Part shown: in pieces, positions 1 to 15,325 of the stretch | Position numbering within the stretch: the stretch's first letter is position 1 | Layout of the letters: each line of letters starts with the position of its first letter | From: an uncultured Phycisphaerales bacterium | Lineage (GTDB): Bacteria > Planctomycetota > Phycisphaerae > Tepidisphaerales > Tepidisphaeraceae | Length of the DNA: 64,000 bases | Assembly: GCA_963755915.1 (NCBI GenBank) | Contig: CAVWLP010000003.1 | Location: 960,001-1,024,000, forward strand | Reading direction: 5' to 3' | Notes under the pieces: generated by a model | Seen by the model: the letters and a program-made list of their open reading frames with translations, nothing else | Told to the model about the DNA's origin: nothing | The model's database searches: none | Made by a program: the position numbers and the translations under genes

Positions 1-2
1 AT

Positions 3-263
3 GAACGGGAATTGAGGCAGATTTACAGCAATTCTTATCGGATTCACGCCACCAATGACGAGGTCATCATTGACCTGGGCTTCAACATGCCCAACCCCAA
101 TCCGCAAACCGGCCAGCAGCAGCTTCTTCTGAAGATCACCGACCGGGTCGTCATGTCCTACATGAACGCCAAGCGGCTCTCCCAGTCGCTCATGCAGCTC
201 ATCAAGCGATACGAACAGCAGTTCGGTGAACTCGTGCCGCCAGGGCAGAAGAATCGGCTGTAA
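3..263 (+). CDS. DUF3467-like small protein, 5'-truncated by window edge
   Basis: YSNSYRIHATNDEVIIDLG...RVVMSYMNAKRL...YEQQFGEL resembles DUF3467; frame is open to the window start. Confidence 0.7.
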   Translation, partial: ERELRQIYSNSYRIHATNDEVIIDLGFNMPNPNPQTGQQQLLLKITDRVVMSYMNAKRLSQSLMQLIKRYEQQFGELVPPGQKNRL

Positions 264-281
264 TCCGAAGAATATCTCACG

Positions 282-2254
282 GTAGAGTAGAGAACTGAAC
301 GACCCGATTGCCGCTCAGCTCTCCCTCTTCGAACCGGACGAGCGGGTTTCCCGCATCCGGCTCTCACGGTATTGTTCTTCTCAAGCATTCACGGTCGGAA
401 CAGGTCGCAGGCTGATGAGGCCCAGACGCTGCAACTGTTCGTACCAGCTCCTCGCTCCGCGCACACGGAACGGACGCTGGCTGCGACGTTTAAGGTGTCG
501 TTCCAGTCGCTCCTGCACAAATCGGTTGATCTGACGGAACGCCTTGCGCGGATAGCCTTTGCCGAAGTAGTTGGCCCATCCTCTCAGGTGCTCGTTGATC
601 TGTACGATCAACGCCGGGATGGGCACAAAGCCTGCTTCGGGTCCGGTCATCTCCCGCAATTTGTCCCGCTCACGCTGCATCGACTTGCTCGAAGGACAGA
701 GGTTCAGATAACGCCCCGGCCCGCCTTGCAGGCTCCGGTCGTACCGGAACCTGTACCCGAGAAAGTTCAGACTTTCGCCCGGCTCTTTCAACTTCACCGT
801 GCGGGTCTTGTCGGTGTTGATCGTCAGATCAAACCGGCCTTGCAGCGTGCGTTCCACGAACTGCTTGATCTGAGGGCCTATATACCTTGCCATGATGACA
901 AAGTCGTCGGCGTACCGGATCAGCCGGGCGTTCGCCCAGCGATGCGGGCCATCGGATCGGTGGAACAATTTATCAAACCAGTGCAGATATAGGTTGGCCA
1001 GCAGCGGCGAGATCACTCCGCCCTGCGGCGTTCCCTGTTTGCTCCGGGTGACTTTCGGTGGATCGCCGGGCTTCTCGCCTTCTTCGACGATCACCGCCTT
1101 CAGCCACATCCGGATCAGCTTCAGCACGCTTCCGTCCGTGATCCGCTTCTGGACACACGCCATCAGTTTCTCATGGGGAATCGTGTCGAAGTACGACTGC
1201 AAATCCGCGTCATACACTTCCCTTCGGCCCTGCTGGAGGTTTTGCTTGATCGCCTCCAGCGCATCGTGAGCCGAGCGACCGGGACGGAATCCATACGAAC
1301 AGTCCAGGAAATCCGCCTCGAAGATCGGCTCGATGAGCAGCAGCACCGCCATCTGCACCACGCGATCTCGGATCGTGGGGATGCCCAATGGACGCCGCTT
1401 GCCGTTGGCTTTGGGAATGTACACGCGCTTCACCGGCTGCGGGCGGTAGGTGCGGGTCTTGAGCGATTCTTCGATCTCGCTCAGGAATCCACTGACGCCG
1501 TGCTCGGAGTTTTGCACCTTCTCGATGCTCACCCCGTCCAAGCCGGGCGCCCCGCCGTTGGCGGACACCCGGTCCCACGCCGCTTCCAGAACATCGCGCC
1601 GGCAGATCCGGTCGTACAAGGTGTAAAACCGAAACCCCGGTTCCCGCTTGGCTTTGAGGTATAGCTTCTGTCTCAGAAGAAAGACTTTCCCCGGCAGACC
1701 CCTGGAGTTCACCCTCAGGTGCTCCGGCAAGTCTGTCGGATCATCCGTACTGTCAGGTTGTCCCTGCAAGCGGGCCTCTCTTCTTCTTACTTCCGCTCGA
1801 TACCGTCAGGGCTCCTTGGCTCGCGGCAGGCTTCGCCTCCGCTCACGGGCATTACCCCGCTTCTCAGCTACTATGAGCCCATCCGACTCCCCACGCTTCC
1901 CGTCCCTTGGTTATGTCTTTCCAACGAGCCGCACAACGATGCGTGGGGTCTCTCAGTTCCCGATCTTGTCTGTCGGCACGCGCCGTCCCCATCGACCCCG
2001 AGGAGCCGGACGATTGCTCGCACCCGCTGCTTCATCGTCCGCGCCGGCTTGGCCCTCTCTGACGGGTTGGCCACTCCCATTGGCGTAACGAGGCTGGTTT
2101 GGGTTCGCTTAACGCTACGGCTCGCGCCTTCGCCTTCCGGGGCTTCGCGCGACCGATTGCTCCGTCGTCACGCCCGGGCGGCTACACGGCTAACGGGTCA
2201 TTCCATGGTGAACTCCTTTCAGTTCACAAGACAAAACCGGTTTCACTGACGCAC
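282..2254 (-). mobile_element. Group II intron, full length (~1973 nt), AGC catalytic triad
   Basis: Minus strand starts GTGCG at 2254; domain V GAGCCGGATGCGGGAAACCCGCTCGTCCGGTTC at ~331-363; ends CTCTACTCTAC at 282; RT ORF inside; flanks rejoin into a palindrome. Confidence 0.93.
381..1769 (-). CDS. ltrA: Group II intron reverse transcriptase/maturase, no endonuclease domain
   Basis: [38 protein letters not shown], maturase GWANYF. Confidence 0.95.
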   Translation of the reverse strand: MQGQPDSTDDPTDLPEHLRVNSRGLPGKVFLLRQKLYLKAKREPGFRFYTLYDRICRRDVLEAAWDRVSANGGAPGLDGVSIEKVQNSEHGVSGFLSEIEESLKTRTYRPQPVKRVYIPKANGKRRPLGIPTIRDRVVQMAVLLLIEPIFEADFLDCSYGFRPGRSAHDALEAIKQNLQQGRREVYDADLQSYFDTIPHEKLMACVQKRITDGSVLKLIRMWLKAVIVEEGEKPGDPPKVTRSKQGTPQGGVISPLLANLYLHWFDKLFHRSDGPHRWANARLIRYADDFVIMARYIGPQIKQFVERTLQGRFDLTINTDKTRTVKLKEPGESLNFLGYRFRYDRSLQGGPGRYLNLCPSSKSMQRERDKLREMTGPEAGFVPIPALIVQINEHLRGWANYFGKGYPRKAFRQINRFVQERLERHLKRRSQRPFRVRGARSWYEQLQRLGLISLRPVPTVNA

Positions 2255-2318
2255 CAGAGGCGCGAAGGCGCAGAGAGGTCAGTCCATCTTCTCTGCGCCT
2301 TCCGCCTCTGCGTGAGAT
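2255..2318. repeat. REP-like palindrome used as intron target; outer part of left arm lies at 274-281
   Basis: atctcacg|cagaggcg-c-gaaggcgcagaga pairs with tctctgcgccttc-cgcctctgcgtgagat. Confidence 0.85.
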
Positions 2319-2329
2319 CCATTTTTCGT

Positions 2330-3931
2330 TTACGAAGCCAGCCGCGCGGCGGCCGATTCGCGATAGTTAACCGCATCGGCCAGTGCGTCGGCGGTCAGTG
2401 GGTGATTCCCGATATGCCGGATTTCCATCGCCGCGGCCAGTGAGCCGAGGTAGGCCGCTGCATGGAGGGAGCCGCCGCAGGCAAGCGTCAGGCTCGCCGC
2501 CGCCAATAGCGCATCCCCGCAGCCGAGCGGATCGACAACCCGCGTCGACAGCGCCGGCAGATATTCGCTGGAAAGCCGTCCCAGCATCTCTCCGGCCGAT
2601 TGCGGCGGCGGGCTAAACGTCACCAAACCTTGTTTTCCCAGCGTAATGATCGCCTGCCGCGCCTTGGTTTCGCTCAGAAGCTGCCATACGACGTTTCCCA
2701 ATCCGCTGGAAAAATCGTGCAGGGTTTCGCGGACTTCCCGCTCCGTCGGGCACAGCAGATCGACCGACTTGAATTTCAGCAAACTGCTCTGCCGGCCGCT
2801 GACGTCCGCGGTGATGATCGGCACGGTTTTTCGCAGCTGCGGCATGATTCGCTCCAGCAGCGATTCGGTAATCAGCCCATACCCAAAATCCGCGAAAATA
2901 ACGGCCGAAGCCCCCTGCGCCGCCGAGAGAATCTTCCCGGCGACCATCTGTTCGCATTGCGAATCGATGGGATCGACCGTCCCCTGGTCGACCTTGAACA
3001 GTTTTGTCTCATCGGCCAGATACCGGCTCTTTACGACAAGCTGCCGCCGGTGCGCGGTGGAATCAACCGAGATCCCCTGGCTCTGCAATCGCATGACCGT
3101 TTCATTTGAATCGCCGCACGGGCCCAGGGCCGTAATAAGCGACGGCTGAGCCCCCAGCCCGGCGAGGTGAAGCGCAATCACCGCCGCCCCACCGTCATAA
3201 TCGCGACTTTGAATCTGCCGAAGAGCGATCATTGGCCCTTCGCCGGCAACCCCCGTGGCATCGCACAGGTGATACCGGTCCAGGATAAAGTCCCCCACGA
3301 CCACAACTTTCTGCCCGCGGAATTTTTCGATTATCCGGTGCAACGACACCGCGTCGAGATCGAATTTCCGCTGAAAGCGGAAAACTTTTTCATCGGTCAT
3401 CGCGTCGCGGTCTTCCAGGGCGGAAATGAGGGCTGTCGAGGAATAAATCACGTCGCCGCTGGAAAAAATCACCCGTCCACCGTGCCGGGTAACGGCATCC
3501 CGTTCGGCAAGAAATCGCGGATCGTGATTCCGCTCATATTCTTTCCCCTTCACATAAACGTCCGGCTGAAGCTGCTCCAGCAATTCCGTCGCGGTTGGGT
3601 TGGGGTTCACGTAGACCCAGTCCACGCATTCCAGCGCCGCAAGGCTCGACGCCCGAAGGTCATCCGGAATCAGCGGCCGACCCACCCCCTTCTGCACCTG
3701 CGAATCGGCACTGACGGTTACCACCAATTCATCACCCAATGATTTGGCGTATTGGAGGTGCTGAATATGCCCGGGATGGACGATATCAAAACAGCCGTGG
3801 CAGTGGACGATCACCCGTCCCGCGGCCCGGGCCTCCCGGCGAACGCCCAGGAGCCGGTCGAGATTGCAGATTTTGCGGTGCGAGGCTTTGTCCAGAGAAG
3901 CCATTCTTCTATTTATCGGACGAATGGCCAT
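2330..3931 (-). CDS. RfaE/HldE-like bifunctional nucleotidyltransferase (N-terminal) plus PfkB sugar kinase (C-terminal)
   Basis: HGCFDIVHPGH (HxGH), YVKGKEY, VVGDFILDRY, DPLGCGDA. Confidence 0.85.
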   Translation of the reverse strand: MAIRPINRRMASLDKASHRKICNLDRLLGVRREARAAGRVIVHCHGCFDIVHPGHIQHLQYAKSLGDELVVTVSADSQVQKGVGRPLIPDDLRASSLAALECVDWVYVNPNPTATELLEQLQPDVYVKGKEYERNHDPRFLAERDAVTRHGGRVIFSSGDVIYSSTALISALEDRDAMTDEKVFRFQRKFDLDAVSLHRIIEKFRGQKVVVVGDFILDRYHLCDATGVAGEGPMIALRQIQSRDYDGGAAVIALHLAGLGAQPSLITALGPCGDSNETVMRLQSQGISVDSTAHRRQLVVKSRYLADETKLFKVDQGTVDPIDSQCEQMVAGKILSAAQGASAVIFADFGYGLITESLLERIMPQLRKTVPIITADVSGRQSSLLKFKSVDLLCPTEREVRETLHDFSSGLGNVVWQLLSETKARQAIITLGKQGLVTFSPPPQSAGEMLGRLSSEYLPALSTRVVDPLGCGDALLAAASLTLACGGSLHAAAYLGSLAAAMEIRHIGNHPLTADALADAVNYRESAAARLAS

Positions 3932-3973
3932 TTGAACTGGATTTTGTCGCCCCGAATAACCGTTAAAACCATT

Positions 3974-5119
3974 ATGGGCTTGAGATTAAGTTATTATCTC
4001 ACGGCGGACATGGGGATCGAAGCGGCAGCCGGCGCCTGCGCCTGGCTCACCAGCATCACCCCGATGAAGCCCGAGCAGTGGGAGATCCGCCTGGCGAAGA
4101 AGCCAACCGGCGACCCCGCCGCCTGGGACGTTCTCTCCGAATTCCCCAACCTGAAAATCCCCCAGGAAACGCAAAGCGTTGCCGCGTGCGAGGGGAGATA
4201 CGTCATCCCCCTGCAAAAAGATTCCCGCCCCAGCGGAGATGCCGCGATCAAGGGGATGCTCATCCAGCTCGAGAAGGACAGTTCGCTGGCGGCGGTGGTG
4301 GCGAAACTCGTCACCTCTGAAGGCGCGGCCCGTTCGCCGGCGCTTCCTTCGCTGGCCCACATGGGCGCGACGTGTTTTCGAAAATCGGTGCTGGACAAAA
4401 TCGACGGCCTGCCCGCGTTCGGCGGCCCAGCTGCCGATTACGACGTCACCTTCCGCATTCTCAGCACCCGCGCCTCCATTGCCCGGCGCGAAGACATCAT
4501 CTACTTCACCGATGCCGGCGAAACCGACGCCGCCCCCAGCGCCAACGACATCGCCAACCAGCTCGCGGTCGCACATTGGTATCTCCCGCCCAAGCTGGCA
4601 CGAATTTACTGGGACGACTGGGCGATGCGCCTCAAGGCCCTAGGCAAACGCGCCGGACAATGGGCGGTCATTCGGGCACGCATGAACGGCATCAAGCAAA
4701 TGCTCGCGGCGCCCGACCCGGTCTCCGACGAGGTGACCGAATCGGTCTTCGGCTTCCGAGCCCAGGCGGCCGCCATCGGTGAGTGGGCGCGACGCGGAAG
4801 CGTCTGGCGCGTTGTCCTTGCCGATTTTGGGGACAACCTCTGGGCCAGCTTTAACGCCTGCCGATCCAGCGGCCTGCAGATGCGCTGCGTCGCCGACAAC
4901 AACTCCGCGTTTGAGAAATTGACCTACCGCGAGCTCCCCATCGTTCACGCCAACCGCGCTTTCGAAGGGGGCGGCATCGACGGCGTCATCGTCACCGACG
5001 CCGAGCCGGGACGCATCGACGCCACCTATAAATCCATCCGCAACCACTTCCACGGCCCCATCTTGAGGCTCTGGCAAACACCCCGCGCGGCAACCCATGC
5101 CGAAGCACAGGCGGCGTAG
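3974..5119 (+). CDS. Divergent GT2-like glycosyltransferase-fold protein
   Basis: Long ORF with GT-A-like segments (GRYVIPLQKDS, GATCFRKSVLDKIDG, DYDVTFRI); no clear DxD; start chosen at ATG 3974. Confidence 0.45.
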   Translation: MGLRLSYYLTADMGIEAAAGACAWLTSITPMKPEQWEIRLAKKPTGDPAAWDVLSEFPNLKIPQETQSVAACEGRYVIPLQKDSRPSGDAAIKGMLIQLEKDSSLAAVVAKLVTSEGAARSPALPSLAHMGATCFRKSVLDKIDGLPAFGGPAADYDVTFRILSTRASIARREDIIYFTDAGETDAAPSANDIANQLAVAHWYLPPKLARIYWDDWAMRLKALGKRAGQWAVIRARMNGIKQMLAAPDPVSDEVTESVFGFRAQAAAIGEWARRGSVWRVVLADFGDNLWASFNACRSSGLQMRCVADNNSAFEKLTYRELPIVHANRAFEGGGIDGVIVTDAEPGRIDATYKSIRNHFHGPILRLWQTPRAATHAEAQAA

Positions 5120-5164
5120 GACTAGATACCAGAGCCGGGAAACTGGAAACTAGTCTCCAGTCCC

Positions 5165-7316
5165 ATGTCCCTCGACGCTGCTCTTGCTCAACATCGCGCC
5201 GGCAATCTTGCGGAAGCGGAGCGGCTCTATCGCCAGCTTCTTCAGCGCGAGCCGCGGCATGCTCGGGCCATGCAATTGCTCGGGGTGCTCTATCTTCAGC
5301 GGCGACAGACGGACGAGGCGATTGAAATGATTCGCCGGGCCATCGCCATCGACCCGGCCCCCGCGGATTTTCACAGCAATCTTGGCAACGCCCTTATGGA
5401 AAAGGGGCTGGTCGAGGAAGCCATCGAGGCCTATCGCAAAGCGGTCGCTCTTCGACCCGATTATGCCGAGGCTCACAGCAATCTCGCCAACGCCTTGTGC
5501 ATGCGGAAACAATTCGACGAGGCGATTTCTCATTGCCGAATCGCACTGAAACTGAAGCCGGACTACGTGGAAGCCCACAACAATCTTGGCAATGCGCTTT
5601 GGGGTAAGGGGTTGATTGACGAAGCCATTGCCCAGTTCCGGCAGGCGATTCTTGTTGCGCCGGGATACGTCAGCGCCCATCACAATCTCAGCGGTGCGTT
5701 ACGCACTCGCGGAATGATGGACGAGGCGATGATCGAATGCCGGGAGTCACTGCGGCTTTGGCCGGAATTTCCGGATGCGCATTGCCAACACGGCGTCCTG
5801 CTGCTGGAAAGCAATCGCCTGGATGATGCCATCGCCGAATTTCGTGAGGCGATCCGCCTCAAGCCCGATTGCGGCGAGGCGTGGAACAATCTCGCCAGGC
5901 GCTGCACATCCGGGGCGACATCGACGATGCACTGGCGGCGTGCGAACAGGCCCTGCGCTTCGAGCCCAACCTCGCCGAGGCACCTATGTGCCAGGCCGCA
6001 CTCATGGCGGAGATGGGCCGGCTGGACGAAGCTTCCGTCGCCTGCCGCCGCGCCATTGAGCTGATGCCCGACCAGCCGGAAATCCACAGCAACCTGATTT
6101 TCTTCCTGAACTACTGGGACCAGGCCGATGCGAAGATGGTCAAAGAAGAATGCCGCCAGTGGGCCCGGCGGTATACCGCAAACGCAAAGCGCATGGACCG
6201 CCCAACTGATCGCGATTGGTCGGCCGGCCGCAGATTGAAAATCGGCTACGTCTCACCCGATTTTCGCGATCATCCAGCGGGCAGATATTTTCTCTCCCTC
6301 CTCGAAGCCCACGATCCGGCACAGGTTGAAGTCTTCTGCTACTACAGCCACGCCACGGTCGACGATTTCACCCGGCGGATTCAAAAGGGCGCCCACCACT
6401 GGCGAAACATTCTGGGGCACACCGACGACGAAGCCGCCGCGCAAGTCCGCGCCGACCAGATCGACATCCTGGTAGACCTCGCCGTCCACACCGCCTCCAA
6501 CCGCCTGCCGATTTTCGCCCGCAAGCCCGCACCCGTGCAGGCCACCTGGCTCGGTTATCCCGGAACGACGGGGCTGGACGAGATGGATTTCCGCCTGACC
6601 GATCCCTATCTCGATCCGCCGGGACAATCGCACGAGATATACGTCGAAAATCGCTGCGCCTCCCCCGCACGTTCTGGTGCATCGACGCGAGTTTTCTGAA
6701 TCCCGTCGAACCCAATCCTCTTCCCGCGCTTTCGGTCGGTCACATCACGTTCGGATGCCTCAACCGCTTCTCAAAAGTTTCCCGCGGAACGCTGGAATTA
6801 TGGACGAGGATTTGGCGGGCTGCCCCCAATGCCCATCTCATCATCTATGCACGAGCCGGAAAATATCTGGACGACACCCGAGAATTCTTCCGCAGCGCCG
6901 GCATCGATCCCCAGCGAATCCGCTTCGTCGGCCGCACGTCGCAGGCGCCGGAATATTTCCGCCGATACCACGAATTCGACATCGGCCTCGATCCCTTCCC
7001 CTACAGCGGCGGGATCACGTCGATCGATTCGCTCTGGATGGGCGTGCCGATGGTTACGCTGCGCGGCAAAACCGCCGTCGGCCGGGGCGGCGTGTCCGTT
7101 CTCAGCAATGCAGGGTTGGAAGATTGGATCGCGGACGATGCCGAGCAATACGTAGAGATTGCCGTTCAAAAATCGCAGGAATTGGAGCGATTGAGCGAAC
7201 TGAGAGCAGCGCTGCGGCAGAAAATCAGGAATTCACCGCTGATGGATACTCTAGCTTTCGCTCGCGACATCGAAAGCGCTTTCCGCGAGATGTGGCGATC
7301 TGCCACCCCGCGCTGA
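5165..7316 (+). CDS. TPR protein with O-GlcNAc transferase/SPINDLY-like C-terminal domain, several frameshifts
   Basis: TPRs (HSNLGNAL), [40 protein letters not shown]; pieces 5165-6064, 5869-6699, 7038-7316. Confidence 0.85.
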
Positions 7317-8563
7317 CGAGCCGTTGCTCTTCCCGGCTTTCTTCATCGAAAGCCCCGCGGCTTTCGCCAGAATCTCCGCCTTGTCGGTCTTCTCCCAACT
7401 GAAGCCCCCATCCCGCCCCGGGGTCCGGCCGAAGTGGCCGTGCCGGGCGGTCTGCTTGTAGATCGGACGGAGCAGATCGAGGTGCTTGATGATGCCGCGC
7501 GGCGTCAGGGGGAAATGTTCCTTGATCAGCTCGGCAATCTGGTCCTCGGGAATGACGGCCGTGCTCTTCCGTGCTGACCGTCACCGAAACGGGATGGGCC
7601 ACGCCGATGGCGTAGGCAAGCTGCACTTCCGCGCAGCGGGCCAAGCCGGCGGCGACGATGTTCTTGGCGATGTATCGGCCCATGTAGCAGGCGCTGCGAT
7701 CGACCTTTGAAGGGTCCTTTCCGCTGAACGCCCCGCCGCCGTGGGCGCCGCGGCCGCCGTAGCTGTCGACGATGATTTTCCGGCCGGTCAGGCCGGTATC
7801 GCCGTGCGGGCCGCCTACGACGAATTTTCCCGTCGGGTTGATGTGGAAAACGATGTCGTCGTTCCAGAAGTTTCTTGGGGATGACGGGCTTGATGACGTG
7901 CTCGATGATCTGCTTCTTGGCCTTCTCGGTGATGCTTGTCGGTTTTCTTATCCAGGACCGATTCATCGTGCTGAGTGGAGACGACCACGGTGTGAACGCG
8001 CACCGGCCGTTCGTTTTCGTATTCGATGGTGACCTGGCTTTTGCCATCGGGCCGAAGCCAGGGGAGCTTTCCCTTGAAGCGCAATTCCGCGAGGCGCTCG
8101 ACGATGCGATGGGCCAGGTGGATCGGCAGCGGCATCAGCTCGGGGGTTTCGTCGCAGGCGTAGCCGAACATCAGGCCCTGGTCGCCGGCGCCCTGTTCCT
8201 TGGTGTCGTCCTCGGCGCGGTCTACGCCGCGGGCGATGTCGGGGGACTGGGAATGGATCGCGGTTAAGAACGCCGCAGCTCTGGTAATCGAACCCGATCT
8301 CCGGATGGGTGTATCCGATTTCCGGATGGTGTCGCGCGCGACCTGGGCGGCGTCGATGTAAGCCGTCGGTCGTCACTTCCCCGGCCAGCGACCACCTGCC
8401 CGGTCGTCACCAGCGTTTCGCACGCAACCCGGCTGCGCGGATCCTGGGCTAGAATCGCATCGAGCACGGCATCGCTGATCTGGTCGGCCACCTTATCGGG
8501 ATGGCCCATGGTGACGGATTCGCTGGTAAACAGGTGCTTGCTGCGGCGGAAATTCGGGGACAT
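7251..8563 (-). CDS. metK: S-adenosylmethionine synthetase, several frameshifts; 3' end approximate
   Basis: [54 protein letters not shown]. Confidence 0.93.
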
Positions 8564-8691
8564 CGGTTCGGCTCCAATTCGTTAAAAAGGCCCTGAAAAA
8601 TAGAGCGGAAAATGTACAGGGTCCGGGGGCGGCGGGCAAGGATGGACCCAAAGGCGGACCCGGAATTCCAAACGCCACCGGCCCCAACCCC

Positions 8692-8727
8692 TTGACAACA
8701 CTCGATCCCTATACTATGTAATACATA
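8692..8727 (+). promoter_or_regulatory. Sigma70-type promoter with palindromic putative PadR operator
   Basis: TTGACA at 8692-8697; perfect inverted repeat TATGTA-A-TACATA at 8715-8727 over the -10 region, 2 nt before the ATG. Confidence 0.55.
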
Positions 8728-8729
8728 CT

Positions 8730-9071
8730 ATGGAATCCAAGGCTCAGTTCCTGAAAGGCTGCGCCAGGACGCTGGTCCTGCAACTTCTGGCCGAGCGGCC
8801 GATGTATGGGTATGAGCTGGCGTCGCAGCTCAGCCAGCGCAGCGATGGGATTTTCGCCCTCGGGCAGGGAACGCTCTATCCACTGCTTTATTCACTTGAG
8901 AGCAAAGGGCAAATCCGGGTGACGCGCGAAGAACCGTCCGAAGATGGGGCGCGAATCAGGCGATATTATGCCCTCACCCACAAGGGCCGCGCTGAATTGG
9001 AAGCCAGTGTCGACACCTGGAACCAGATCGTCCGGGGAATGCGACTCGTGCTGGAGACAAGCCATGCCTGA
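8730..9071 (+). CDS. PadR-family transcriptional regulator
   Basis: RPMYGYEL, GTLYPLLYSLE, RRYYALTHKG. Confidence 0.92.
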   Translation: MESKAQFLKGCARTLVLQLLAERPMYGYELASQLSQRSDGIFALGQGTLYPLLYSLESKGQIRVTREEPSEDGARIRRYYALTHKGRAELEASVDTWNQIVRGMRLVLETSHA

Positions 9072-9639
9072 TGGGATTCAGAGGTACGTCGAAGACGTCG
9101 TTTGCTACGCCGACCTTGTCGCGTCCGATGAGCGGATCGTGCGTGCGGAACTGGTTGAACATCTGCAAACCCTAACGACGCTGTCGCACCTGTCCGATCC
9201 AAAGGAGATTTATGCCATGCTGAAAGATCAATTTGGGAATCCGAAAACAGTTGGGCGAGCCATCGCCACGGCCAAGGGAAGAGTGCGAACGTATTTCAAA
9301 AAGCTTCGCCGGAAACTTCCGTGGCAGATCGGCATCGCGCTGGTTCTGGCATTTGCCGTGCGATTTTCGATTGCCCAGGCGTTTATAATTCCGGGGGATA
9401 GCGTCTCCCCGATGGTTCCGCGCGGCAGCCGGGTGCTGGTCTACAAGCTTGCCCGATCGTTCAATCCCGGCGACGTGATGGTCTATCGCATAGGTCCCGG
9501 CGAATTTCGGGTGGGAATCGTGGTTTGTCAGCGCAGCGACGGGGAGTGGGTGGTGCAAAAAAATCATGGCGCCGGCAAGGAAATCACCAATGTGCCGCAG
9601 GAGCAGATTGTGGGCAGAGTGTTCCTGAACACGAGGTGA
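9064..9639 (+). CDS. HAAS/permease-prefix domain, TM helix and S26 signal-peptidase-like domain
   Basis: ELVEHL...FGNP, TM helix, FIIPGDSVSPMVPRGSRVLVYK, GRVF; overlaps padR stop. Confidence 0.65.
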   Translation: MPDGIQRYVEDVVCYADLVASDERIVRAELVEHLQTLTTLSHLSDPKEIYAMLKDQFGNPKTVGRAIATAKGRVRTYFKKLRRKLPWQIGIALVLAFAVRFSIAQAFIIPGDSVSPMVPRGSRVLVYKLARSFNPGDVMVYRIGPGEFRVGIVVCQRSDGEWVVQKNHGAGKEITNVPQEQIVGRVFLNTR

Positions 9640-9642
9640 GGT

Positions 9643-13755
<4,113 letters not shown>

Positions 13756-13822
13756 AACTCGTTTTTAACCGCATATTGACGGGGGAACAAGAAACGCCTC
13801 CCGGCACCCCGCGACGGCAGAC

Positions 13823-14712
13823 CTACTGCGAAACCGCCGCTTCCTCGGATGCCGCCTCGATTCGCGTAAGCTGCACGATCCGCTCCAGCTTGAAGTTCCG
13901 CCGGTCCTTGCGCAGGTGGCAGTGGGCGATCAGCACCAGCTCATCCCCATGCCGGGAAATCTGGATCGGATCGACGATCCTTCGCGTCCGCTGCTGGCCG
14001 GCATCGAGATATTCCATCAAAACCGGGCGGCGCTGATCCAGCGCTTCCTGAAGCTCCAGCGGAAGCACATTTTCGCGCGGCGCCGGGGGCTGGAGGAATG
14101 CCGGGCCGCCCTGCTCGCGAAGGGCGTCGCACAGGCAGATATTCCATCCGCCTACTGAGCCGAGCAAAAGCTCAAAAACCGCCATCGTGGTTAATGCATC
14201 TCCCAGGGCGCGGTGCGCCACTGTCGGTTGATATCCCAATCGATTTGCCAGCGAGGAGAGCCCGTTCCCGCCGCGCCGAACCTGCGCCGCGCGATCCGCA
14301 CGGTGTCCAGGACCGGCGGACTTTCGAGAGTCGCGCACAGATCGTGCCCGGCAAGAACGCATTCGTGCAGCAGAAACGAAAGATCAAACCCCACGTTATG
14401 CCCCAGGACTGCCGCCCCGCTCAGCAGTGGCAACATCGCCGGAAGCTGCTCGGCAAACGTCGGCTGACCCTCGCACATCGCCTGCGAGATTCCCGTCAGC
14501 GCCGTGATCCCCGCCCCGATTCGCCGCCGCGGATTGATGAGCTGGGAATACTCGGCGGATTTCTGCCCATTGTCATAGCGCACGATCCCGATTTCGATAA
14601 CCCGATCCCCATACGCCGTGCTGGCGCCCGTCGTTTCCACATCAATGCACGCGATCGGAACCGAAAAGAGTGGCTGAATGAGGGAAAACCGCATGACCGA
14701 CATCGCCTCCAT
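13823..14712 (-). CDS. DEDDh (DnaQ-like) exonuclease fused to a C-terminal WYL domain, frameshifted
   Basis: IDVETTG, GHNVGFD, HRALGDA; then MEYLDAGQQRTRRIVDP...AHCHLRKDRRNFKLERI. Confidence 0.82.
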
Positions 14713-14748
14713 GCTCGTCGCCCCACGCCCTTTCACAACTGCCCCAAT

Positions 14749-15222
14749 CTACATCTGCACGCCCAGGATCTTCGTCTCAAAGACAATATTGCCGTTGTTT
14801 ACTCCTTGCATGTGGCAGAAGATCCTTCCATGCCGCCGCCAGATTTGTTCGCCAACAACGTATAAGCGCATGGGAGGGACAACTTCCTGCCTGAACCGGC
14901 AATCTTCGACGCCCCCAAACCCGATAAACGTGCTCCACCCCACGAATTTCTTGGCGTATAACGATGCCAGTTGGGCGGCGAGTTCAAGCATCAAAACCCC
15001 CGGTAACAGCGGACGCCCGGGAATATGCCCTGGAACCCAGAACTCATCTATTCTAACGTCCTTGAATCCGATGAGTCGATGCTTTTCGGGATCGGCATAA
15101 ACGACCCCATCCAGCATTTCCATGTCCCCGCGCTGGGGATTGTGCTGCCGGATTGTGTCCGGGCCATAGATCACCTGGTCCAGATCTATGCCTGAGATGT
15201 CAAATAGCAGTTGAGGCGGCAT
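14749..15222 (-). CDS. FabZ/FabA-family hydroxyacyl-ACP dehydratase
   Basis: EFWVPGHIPGRPLLPGVLMLE hotdog motif. Confidence 0.88.
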   Translation of the reverse strand: MPPQLLFDISGIDLDQVIYGPDTIRQHNPQRGDMEMLDGVVYADPEKHRLIGFKDVRIDEFWVPGHIPGRPLLPGVLMLELAAQLASLYAKKFVGWSTFIGFGGVEDCRFRQEVVPPMRLYVVGEQIWRRHGRIFCHMQGVNNGNIVFETKILGVQM

Positions 15223-15325
15223 GGCTATCGTTTGGGCCCTAATGGCTGCCCAGACAAATAACGCAATCTTTAATTAACCGTCAACTCACAAAATAGGGGC
15301 GCCCATTCCAAGTAACGGCTTAAGA

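Noticed and set aside
381-1769. RT as retron, DGR or defence RT
   Set aside because: It has intron RT and maturase motifs and lies within GTGCG...domain V/VI boundaries; no template/variable repeat pair was seen.
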